Below, one piece after another: positions 16,501 to 22,996 of a stretch of DNA of 64,000 nt (its first letter is position 1; every line of letters starts with the position of its first letter). The translations under genes were made by a program, and so were the position numbers. Below the pieces are notes generated by a model. The model searched no databases and had not been told where the DNA came from. It saw only the letters and a list, made by a program, of their open reading frames with translations. The stretch is from an uncultured Planctomycetales bacterium (GTDB lineage Bacteria; 4484-113; JAFGCY01), in contig CAZSSB010000014.1 of NCBI GenBank assembly GCA_964609245.1, forward strand, positions 769 to 64,768, in the 5' to 3' direction.

Positions 16501-17342
16501 AGCCTCTCCCGAAGCACGCCGATGTAGTTCAGTGTGTCTGCCTCGCCTTGTCTGTCACCCAGGTCACGGTACAGGTCAAGCACCTGCTCGTAGTATGGCG
16601 CCGCTTGCTCGTAGTCCTCCAGCTGATGCCAGTAGAGAGCGCCGATGTCCCTGAGCGATTGGATGACACCCCGGGTATCCTCGATCTCCCTTCTCTTATC
16701 CAGGGCTCGCCCGTAGAAGAGCAGGGCCTCGTCGTAGTTCCCCATCAGCCGGTGTGCCCGACCGATGTTATTCAGTGTCATTCCATAATTGACGTCCTCT
16801 CCGACTTCGGCGTAGATGGCCAGGGCCTGCTCGTAGTACTCAATCGCCTGCTCGTAGTCCTCGTAGTAGTTATTGAAGACCACGCCGATGTTCTGCAGCG
16901 CTACTCCCTCGCGCCGTCGGTCCCCGATTTCGCGCCCGATGGCCAAGGACTGCTCGTAGTACGTGAGCGCCCGCTCATACTGACCCAGGTTGTCGCAGAC
17001 AAGGCCGATGGCATTGAGACCGGTGCCAACCTCTTTCAAGTCATCGAGAACCCACGCAAGGTAGACATGTCGCTGCAATCCGGGCAGCGCCTGCTGGTCT
17101 TCACCAGCATCGCGGAGTTCATCAGCCTCCGCGTAGATCTCGTCCATCAGCTGCCGGAGCTCGTCATCGCTGAGCTGCTGCCACTCGTCCGGCAGGTCGG
17201 CGCGGGTGACGGGCTCTTCGCCCAGCAGCTTCGCCTCGTCCGCCTCCCACTCCGCCAGCGGGACGGCCTGCGCCGGCGCGGCCAGCGCCGCCGTAAGTAC
17301 AGCAGCCAGCAGCAGGGCGGCTGCGAACCCGCCTATGCGCAT
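13596..17342 (-). CDS. Secreted TPR-CHAT protein 3 (about 15 TPR units + CHAT domain)
   Basis: Start re-set to ATG 17342 (GAGGAGAG upstream). Signal peptide MRIGGFAAALLLAAVLTAALAAPAQA|VPLAEW. About 15 TPR units. The C-terminal ~260 aa are identical to TPR-CHAT 1, including HLATHGF and ALSCCHTAEG. Confidence 0.9.
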   Translation of the reverse strand: MRIGGFAAALLLAAVLTAALAAPAQAVPLAEWEADEAKLLGEEPVTRADLPDEWQQLSDDELRQLMDEIYAEADELRDAGEDQQALPGLQRHVYLAWVLDDLKEVGTGLNAIGLVCDNLGQYERALTYYEQSLAIGREIGDRRREGVALQNIGVVFNNYYEDYEQAIEYYEQALAIYAEVGEDVNYGMTLNNIGRAHRLMGNYDEALLFYGRALDKRREIEDTRGVIQSLRDIGALYWHQLEDYEQAAPYYEQVLDLYRDLGDRQGEADTLNYIGVLRERLGSDQSAIDAYVEALAVSREAGDPSTESLVLLNIGKTYKRLEEYDEALEYLEQALDACEKADNAQRHGYVLGNMAEIARELGRTEDALAYYGLANEKFNETGDAQGQVIALHNLGSLNDDLRNNELAIEYLERSLELARETEDARGTLLALHVLGIVYGRLGKYRRAAEYLEEALSIRDLADIAPDSPPTELALLSDFGCCCTHQGLNEKALALHERVLAIYRTRGDAAGVAGAMANLGIVYSSLEQQETGLAYLRNALTAFEEQGLVHEENQALNNIGIVYDGLGQHEEALKYYEQSLGLSREVGDQDLEARTLHNMASAYHGLEMSEEALKQYEQSTAIAREIGDQFIETNGLQCMGSIYRQLEQRAKAVDCYEQCLALNQEVGNLDAELGALQGIGIVHESEDQYAEAAKYYGRAAETASSRATEFTWESGLKSGLVRDLSWTASRLTLVLFELGLLDDAFTTVQSGKGVPLLQLLMQAEVQVDDPAVQQALDSYRDAQAALQKCREDLCKLEDDDEEHRADIEARLEEYTAQANDAWDYIREHEPRLTEIIEVQGLSAEQVQAEILQPGQVVLEYMQVDGLTDDDPGSLLIFCLPWEGELTAVRTALPEPEAEAGSSWRVTPSSEQEDEDLSFDQWVTDQLVELYGKQRAASRQAGRALYELLVAPVADSIPAEAELIICPDRSLFLVPFEALVGPDDEYLLERHPLTYSTSATMLRYVKDAGGAAGALVAGVSFSGNEGGGTRSARDPLRAGLYGHRDFGPLPAVPMEARNVAALLGAEEPLLLVESQATEPALRESMPGCRVIHLATHGFLSGVPLLNGVVLYQQEEQEEEQEEEDAALDWGRDISGSDGFLRMSEVMGISLDGCELVALSCCHTAEGEANPGAGVMGMTQGFLYAGARSVLASLRGVHDDETRALMEQFYRNWQQEGLSKREALRQAKLWMLGEKGVGAAKWAPFVLYGLE
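13747..14517. repeat. 771-bp perfect direct repeat, copy B (partner 8264..9034)
   Basis: See copy A. Confidence 0.85.
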
Positions 17343-17363
17343 AGCATCTCTCCTCGTGCCTGA

Positions 17364-17392
17364 GCACATCCGGTGCAGAATCCTGGTGTCAA
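17364..17392 (-). promoter_or_regulatory. Possible promoter of the TPR-CHAT array (perfect -35 TTGACA, weak -10)
   Basis: Minus strand reads TTGACA (17392-17387), a 17-nt spacer, then ATGTGC/TGTGCT. This would place a TSS about 15 nt upstream of ATG 17342, leaving only the GAGGAGAG RBS in the leader. The -10 is poor. Confidence 0.2.
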
Positions 17393-17690
17393 ACCGACCG
17401 GCTCACCGGCGAGGGCAGGCAGCCCCACAGGCCTGAGGCACCGCCGGAGCGCCTGCCCAGCCCCAGACTCAGCCCCGGCAATGGGCTGGAGCGGATGCGG
17501 CCGGTGCTGCCTCGCCTGGCGGTCGGCAACCCGAGCCTGCAGGCGTCGCCAACCGACACCTGGCTGAGCCGTGGCAGCCGCCAGCCATCTCTCGGCCCAG
17601 GACGGCTGCCACTGTGGACTTCGCCCAGCCAGTCAGTGGTTCTGGTAGATCCAGTGTGAGTCCAGTGTCAGGGTCCGGGTGTCACGAGGT

Positions 17691-18401
17691 TTACCAGAAT
17701 GTCGTCGTCCAGTTGTCCCAGGAGTCGCCGTAGAATTCGTCATACCAGTATTCACCACACTGCGGACAGAGCCCTTCGACGGTGGTCCAGCCAATCCCTA
17801 CATCCCTGACGTAGAGCTCCCAGCCCGGGTGGATGTAGCCCCGGTAGTTCCCATCGACATAGACCTTCATGTCATGGGCGGACCGGTTGCGCACGGTGAG
17901 ATCGAAGGTGTAGTAGCTGCGCTTCGTGGTTGCACCCTCATCCGTCACCGCGGCCTCGTACTCCGCCAGCAGTGCGTCGTAGGCCGCTTCGTTGCCGGCA
18001 TACTGGTTGGCCATCGCCGCCATCAGCAGCCCACCGGAATCGCCCGCGCGCCGCGCCTTCTCCGTACCCTCTTCGATCAGCTGCGCCGATGAGACGATGT
18101 CAGACACGTTGCCCGAGGCGGACTCCGCCATCCCCAGCATCAGTGCCACGTCCCAGGTATCGGCGGAATCCGCCGAGGTGCGGGCCGCGTCGATCAGCTC
18201 GCCGATGTTGGCCGGCAGGCTGAATTCCGCGGAGTTCAGGGCAGCAATGATGTCAGCAGCCTGCTCGACGACAAGCTCAACCGTACCGGATGACTCGACG
18301 GTTCTGCGAACAGCCCGGCCTTCTTCGGCTGCTTCCTCAGCGGAAACGGCTGACAGGCATCCCACAACAAGCAGCAATGCCAGAACTACACGAACGTACA
18401 T
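17691..18401 (-). CDS. Secreted protein of unknown function, paralog A (helical N-half, beta-rich aromatic C-half)
   Basis: Start re-set to ATG 18401 (GGGAGGAGG plus a 6-nt spacer). Signal peptide MYVRVVLALLLVVGCLSAVSA. Shared blocks with 18554..19255 include AALNSAEFSLPANIGELIDAARTSADSADTWDVALML, SSAQLIEEGTEKARRAGD, and FDLTVRNRS...VYVDGNYRGYIHPG. Confidence 0.75.
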   Translation of the reverse strand: MYVRVVLALLLVVGCLSAVSAEEAAEEGRAVRRTVESSGTVELVVEQAADIIAALNSAEFSLPANIGELIDAARTSADSADTWDVALMLGMAESASGNVSDIVSSAQLIEEGTEKARRAGDSGGLLMAAMANQYAGNEAAYDALLAEYEAAVTDEGATTKRSYYTFDLTVRNRSAHDMKVYVDGNYRGYIHPGWELYVRDVGIGWTTVEGLCPQCGEYWYDEFYGDSWDNWTTTFW

Positions 18402-18553
18402 AGCAGTCCTCCTCCCAGTGTACTTCATCAAGCAAGTCGACTTCGTTCCATCTCAGCGTGCACAGGCGCCTTGTGCCGGCTTCAGGTGCAGGAGACTCGA
18501 AATATCACAAGTAAACCCACACCGTTCTAAGTCTGCAAACCGTCGCGATTTGT

Positions 18554-19255
18554 TCAAGGCTGCAGCTCCCAGACGGCGAAACCGGGTAGCGTGTCAAGCC
18601 AGTACTCCCAGTAGCAGCCCGAGGATGCCCCGATGGCGTACAGGTAGCACTCACCGGCCAGCGGTGCATCGTAAAGACCCGCCGTTTCGCCGGGCGCGAT
18701 GCTGCCCATGAAGTCGCCGTCCAGATACCACGTCACGAACTCGGAAGTGCGGTTCTCGATGACCAGATCGAAGCTGCTGCTGCCCTTCCCGACGATGGTC
18801 TCGGCGGTCACCGCCGCCCGATACTCATCCAGCAGTGCAAGGTAGCTGGCTTCATCATCGGAACGCCGGCTGGCGGCCGCTGCCATCAGCAGGGCACAGG
18901 CGTCGCCGGCGCGACGCGCCTTCTGTGTGGCCTCCTCAAGCAGCTGTGCCGAGGAGACCGCGTCAGACACCCTGCCCGCGGCGGCCTCGGCCAGCTCCAG
19001 CATCAGTGCCAAATCCCAGGTGTCGGCGGGGTCAGCTGATCTGCGAGCCTCGTCGATCAGCTCGCCGACATCGGCCGGCAAGCGGAACTCCTCGGTGTCG
19101 AGGGCCGCCAGGATCTCGGCCGTCTGGTCGGCGACCAGGACGACGCTGCCGGATGGTTCAGCTATGCAGCGCTCACCCTCGCCTTCCGCCCGCGCACTCG
19201 CCGCAACCAAGTATGCCATGAAGACCAGCAATACGATTGCACCACGCGGATTCAC
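18554..19255 (-). CDS. Secreted protein of unknown function, paralog B
   Basis: Start re-set to GTG 19255 (GGGAGGTGG plus a 6-nt spacer, the same layout as paralog A). Signal peptide (M)NPRGAIVLLVFMAYLVAASARA. Blocks match paralog A: AALDTEEFRLPADVGELIDEARRSADPADTWDLALML, SSAQLLEEATQKARRAGD, and FDLVIENRT...WYLDGDFMGSIAPG. Confidence 0.7.
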   Translation of the reverse strand: MNPRGAIVLLVFMAYLVAASARAEGEGERCIAEPSGSVVLVADQTAEILAALDTEEFRLPADVGELIDEARRSADPADTWDLALMLELAEAAAGRVSDAVSSAQLLEEATQKARRAGDACALLMAAAASRRSDDEASYLALLDEYRAAVTAETIVGKGSSSFDLVIENRTSEFVTWYLDGDFMGSIAPGETAGLYDAPLAGECYLYAIGASSGCYWEYWLDTLPGFAVWELQP

Positions 19256-19355
19256 GGCAATCCACCTCCCAGAGCGCTGCTCTCTCTGCCCTGTGTGAAG
19301 ATCTGGTCGCGAACGCTCACCTCTTATTCCGGTCGCCGCGACGATGCCTGTCGCA

Positions 19356-19364
19356 ATCATAGCA
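19356..19364 (-). promoter_or_regulatory. Extended -10 element TGCTATGAT upstream of paralog B
   Basis: The reverse complement of 19356-19364 reads TGCTATGAT (TGnTAnnAT), about 100 nt upstream of GTG 19255 in an otherwise GC-rich spacer. Confidence 0.3.
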
Positions 19365-19508
19365 CAATCACGATGTACGACCGCAGGCCCCATCAGCGGG
19401 CGGGGTTCACCCGCTTGCCGGTCCCGATGCACTTGTACCGAGATCAATCTGCGGCTCAGCGCGCGCCTGGACGAGCTGGCAAATAGGTTCGCTATGATAG
19501 AAAAGCAG

Positions 19509-19593
<85 letters not shown>

Positions 19594-19625
19594 CCGAGGC
19601 ACATGAGTATACCGCCGCCCCGCCG

Positions 19626-20969
19626 CTAGTCAACCACCGGCGGCTCAGCGGGCAGTTGCGGCTCGCCTGCGGCCCCGCCTCCCCGCTGGCGTCCGGCCAG
19701 CTCCAGCAGCTTGAGCATGATCCAGGTTGTGCCCAGCGCCCCGACCAGCGCGTACAGCGCCAGCGACCAGTAGGCGCTTTCGAAGTAGTACCAGCCGGCG
19801 GCAATCGCCGCCACCCGCGCGACAACCATCGCGATCCCGTACACCAGCGTGATGTCCTGCCGGTTGAGCACCGCGAACACACAGGTCGTCGGCGAGCTGA
19901 CGAAGACCAGCAGCAGCCACGGGATCAGCAGCCGGCTGTATTCCCCGGCCGTTACCCACTCCGTCCCCAGGGCCACCCGGCAGGCCCAGGGCGCCAGCAG
20001 GACCACCAGCACCGCCGGTCCGATGCCGATCAGAAACAGCTTGCCGTAGAGCCGCAGCACGAGGGCCTTCAGGTCGCCGCCGCGGTTGTGCTCCTCGGCG
20101 GCCTTCTGCAGGAACACCTGCGCCACCGCCGCCACGATGATGAACATCGGCGTCGAGAACAGCCGCCGCGCCACACCGTAGTGGCCGACCACCGTCAGGT
20201 CGTAGAGCATCGCCATCACGATCAGCGAGATCTGCATCGAGAGCGCGTTGAGCACCGAGGACGGCAGTTGGAACAGCGGGAACTTGCGGTAGCGCACCGC
20301 CAGCTCGAGCATCCGCGGCCAGCTGACGCCCGCCGTCAGCGCCGCGCCGTCGCGCCTGACCGCCAGCACCAGCAGCAGCGCCGCCTCGAGGCTGCGCCCG
20401 AGCGTGACGCCCAGCAGCAGGCCGACCGGACCCAGTTTCGCCAGACCCGCGCTGACTGCGGTCACTACGTTGCCCAGCGGCTGGCTGATCATTGCTCGCG
20501 CGATGTCGCCGAAGTGCTTGCGCCGCGTCGCCCAGTGGTTGACGACCTTGAACACGCTGAAGGCCAGCAGCGCCAGCGGCAGCAGCCACAGATAGGGCGC
20601 CAGCGCCTGAGCGTTGGTCAGTCGCAGCAGCGGCCCGCCCGCCACCCACAGCACCAGGGCGGTCAGGACGCTGCCCAGCGCACTGAGCCCCAGCCCCAGC
20701 ATCAGCAGATTGGCGCCTTCCTCCTCATCGGCGGGCAGCGGCACCGCGCCCTCGTAGCGCAGGGCCGCCGCGGCGACCAGCACCGTCAGGAAGGCGTTGA
20801 AGACCGCCAGCACGCCGAAGTCCTCGGGCGTATAGAGCCGGCTGAGGACCGGCATCACCAGCACCATCAGCACCGGGCTGAAGGCGCTGCCGCTGAGCAT
20901 CACGAAGACGTTGCGCACGAAGCTGCCCGCGGGCGCCAGCCTCTCGAAGATGCGAACTGCGGCGTTCAT
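19626..20969 (-). CDS. wzx: Polysaccharide/O-antigen flippase (Wzx-type, MOP superfamily)
   Basis: Start re-set to ATG 20969 (MNAAVRIFERLAPAGSFVRNVFVMLSGSAFSPVLMVLVMPVLSRLYTPEDFGVLAVF, a typical Wzx N-terminus). The 447-aa protein is polytopic throughout. The track's 62-aa extension has no support. Confidence 0.8.
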   Translation of the reverse strand: MNAAVRIFERLAPAGSFVRNVFVMLSGSAFSPVLMVLVMPVLSRLYTPEDFGVLAVFNAFLTVLVAAAALRYEGAVPLPADEEEGANLLMLGLGLSALGSVLTALVLWVAGGPLLRLTNAQALAPYLWLLPLALLAFSVFKVVNHWATRRKHFGDIARAMISQPLGNVVTAVSAGLAKLGPVGLLLGVTLGRSLEAALLLVLAVRRDGAALTAGVSWPRMLELAVRYRKFPLFQLPSSVLNALSMQISLIVMAMLYDLTVVGHYGVARRLFSTPMFIIVAAVAQVFLQKAAEEHNRGGDLKALVLRLYGKLFLIGIGPAVLVVLLAPWACRVALGTEWVTAGEYSRLLIPWLLLVFVSSPTTCVFAVLNRQDITLVYGIAMVVARVAAIAAGWYYFESAYWSLALYALVGALGTTWIMLKLLELAGRQRGGGAAGEPQLPAEPPVVD

Positions 20970-21224
20970 TATGTGCCTGAGTAGCCCGGGCAGCCCGCAT
21001 CCCCGCGGGCTGAGTAGGCTTCGCGCGATGCTAACACGCCAGGGCAGCACGGTCAAGCCACCGGGGCTGGGGAACTTGCCCCCCGTACCGCGGGCGGCTC
21101 GCCTGCGATTTGCAGTAGGGGCGAAGCCATGCTTCGCCCGCCCCGCCGGAACCAACCACAGAGATCACAGAGCGCACAGAGGAATCAGGGGTCAGGCGTC
21201 AGGATTCAGGATTCGGTGGCGCCG

Positions 21225-21260
21225 GGGGATGGGGAGCGCGGACGTCTCGTCCGCATCCCC
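21225..21260 (-). terminator. Stem-loop 5 nt downstream of the oxidoreductase stop (no U-tract)
   Basis: Core GCGGACG-TCT-CGTCCGC at 21238-21254, extended by GGGGAT/ATCCCC at 21225-21230 and 21255-21260. No T-run follows on the transcribed strand, so it may be an attenuator, a processing site or an RNA-stability element rather than a classical terminator. Confidence 0.3.
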
Positions 21261-21265
21261 AGCTG

Positions 21266-22288
21266 CTACAGGCCAGTCGCCACCGGGCGGCCGTCGTGGC
21301 GCAAGCTTTCGTCGGCGCAGGCCAGGATCTTCACGTTGGCGTAGCCCTGGGTGCCGTTGGACCGCGGGGTGGCGCCCGTCGCGATGCAGTGGATGAAGTC
21401 CTCGCACTCGGCCCTGAGCGGCTCGATCGGCCTGACGAACGGAATCTCCACGTCTCCGCTGCGCACCTTCAGCGAGCTGGAGGCCGCCGGCTCGTGGAAC
21501 TGCTCCCAGTCGACGCCCTTCTCGTGCACCTGCAGCTTGTAGCGTGGCTCCATGTCGTTGAACACCACCATCTTCTCGCTGCCGACCACCTTGATCAGCC
21601 GCACCTTCTCGGGGTCCAGCCAGCTGGAGGTGATGCTGGCGAACTGGGTGCCGTTGTAGTGCAGCGTCAGATAAGTCACGTCGTGGATCTGCTCGTCGGT
21701 CTGGACGAATGCGCGGCCGGTGGCACTGACGCTGCCGGGATCCCCGCCCAGCAGGTACTGCACCACGCTGATGTCGTGGGGCGCCAGCGACCACATCGCG
21801 TTCTCATGGGTGCGGATCTGCCCCAGGTTGGCGCGTACCGCGCTGATGTAGTAGACCTCGCCCAGCTCGCCCGAGTCGATCATCTCCTTGATGTACTCCA
21901 CCGCCGGGTGATACAGCAGGATATGGCCGACCATCAGCACCAGCTTACGCTCCTGGGCCAGCTCGCACAGCTCCCGCGCGGTCTCCGGCGACTCGGTCAG
22001 CGGCTTCTCCACGTGGCAGTGCTTGCCCGCTTCCAGCAGCAGCTTGGCCACCGGATAGTGATCCGGCGTCGGGGTGGCCACGACCACGCCGTCCAGGTCG
22101 GCCATCGCCGCCAGCGCCTTGGCGTCGCTGCAGGTGCGCACCCCCGGATACTGCTGCTGCACCCAGTCCAGGGCCTGCGGATCGCAGTCGCAGGCCGCGT
22201 GCAGCACGCCGAGGCCGGCCAGGTTGCGGATGTAGTTCTTGCCCCAGCGACCGCTGCCCACCAGCCCGATTTTCGTTCCTGTTGCCAT
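21266..22288 (-). CDS. Gfo/Idh/MocA-family NAD-dependent sugar-nucleotide oxidoreductase (WbpB/WlbA-like)
   Basis: 340 aa. N-terminal Rossmann fold KIGLVGSGRWGKNY. The family-typical block EKPLTESPETARELCELAQERKLVLMVGH is present. It is in an operon with a DegT aminotransferase and an LbH N-acetyltransferase. Confidence 0.8.
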   Translation of the reverse strand: MATGTKIGLVGSGRWGKNYIRNLAGLGVLHAACDCDPQALDWVQQQYPGVRTCSDAKALAAMADLDGVVVATPTPDHYPVAKLLLEAGKHCHVEKPLTESPETARELCELAQERKLVLMVGHILLYHPAVEYIKEMIDSGELGEVYYISAVRANLGQIRTHENAMWSLAPHDISVVQYLLGGDPGSVSATGRAFVQTDEQIHDVTYLTLHYNGTQFASITSSWLDPEKVRLIKVVGSEKMVVFNDMEPRYKLQVHEKGVDWEQFHEPAASSSLKVRSGDVEIPFVRPIEPLRAECEDFIHCIATGATPRSNGTQGYANVKILACADESLRHDGRPVATGL

Positions 22289-22325
22289 CTTTCGAATCCC
22301 CAGTGCTCGTTATACCCCGGCCCGG

Positions 22326-22955
22326 CTAGTCAAGCTCCACCATCGGCCGCGCCTGCGGCGGCGTGTGCGCCAGCTTGATCTCGCCGGCGGCGATCTCGTA
22401 CTCCCGGCCGCAGTTGCCCTCCGGACAGACCCAGCGCCCGTCAGCCTCGCGCTGCTCAAGCACGCCCGCGCAGAGGCAGGCCCAGCCCGCCTGCCGCGCC
22501 GGCACCCCCAGCATCATCGCATGCGGCGGCACGTTGCGGGTCACCACCGCCCCGCTGCCGATCAGGCACCATTCCCCCAGCTCGATGCCGCAACGAATCG
22601 TCGCGTTGGCGCCCACCGAGGCACCGCGGCGCACCCAGGTCTCCACGTAGTCGGTGGCCGGGTCGTTGCGGGGAAAGGCGCTGCGCGGCGTGATCACGTT
22701 GGTGAAGACGCAGCTCGGGCCCAGGAAGGCGTGATCCTCGACGTGCACGCCGGTGTAAACCGAGACGTTGTTCTGGATCTTGACGTTGTCACCGATGTCA
22801 ACCTGCCGGTCGATGTAGCAATTCTGGCCCAGCACGCAGCGGCGGCCGATGCGCGCGCCCTTGCCCACGTGGGTGAAATGCCAGACCTTGCTGCCGGCGC
22901 CGATCCGCACGTCCTCGTCGATCACCGCCGTGGGGTGCACGTAGTAGTCGTTCAT
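22326..22955 (-). CDS. Left-handed beta-helix (hexapeptide) N-acetyltransferase, WbpD/WlbB-like, with C-terminal Cys-rich tail
   Basis: Start re-set to ATG 22955 (MNDYYVHPTAVIDEDVRIGAGSKVWHFTHV...). Hexapeptide repeats run throughout. The C-terminus reads GWACLCAGVLEQREADGRWVCPEGNCGREY. The track ORF (351 aa) over-extends into the aminotransferase gene. Confidence 0.8.
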   Translation of the reverse strand: MNDYYVHPTAVIDEDVRIGAGSKVWHFTHVGKGARIGRRCVLGQNCYIDRQVDIGDNVKIQNNVSVYTGVHVEDHAFLGPSCVFTNVITPRSAFPRNDPATDYVETWVRRGASVGANATIRCGIELGEWCLIGSGAVVTRNVPPHAMMLGVPARQAGWACLCAGVLEQREADGRWVCPEGNCGREYEIAAGEIKLAHTPPQARPMVELD

Positions 22956-22996
22956 CTGAGCTGCCGCTCCGGTCGGAATTCTAGCACCATGGGCAC

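Noticed and set aside
19645-20649. 334-aa - ORF in an alternative frame of the flippase gene
   Set aside because: It is on the same strand but out of frame with the Wzx gene, and its translation is Gly/Ala/Arg-rich with no TM pattern. The Wzx frame gives a coherent polytopic membrane protein.
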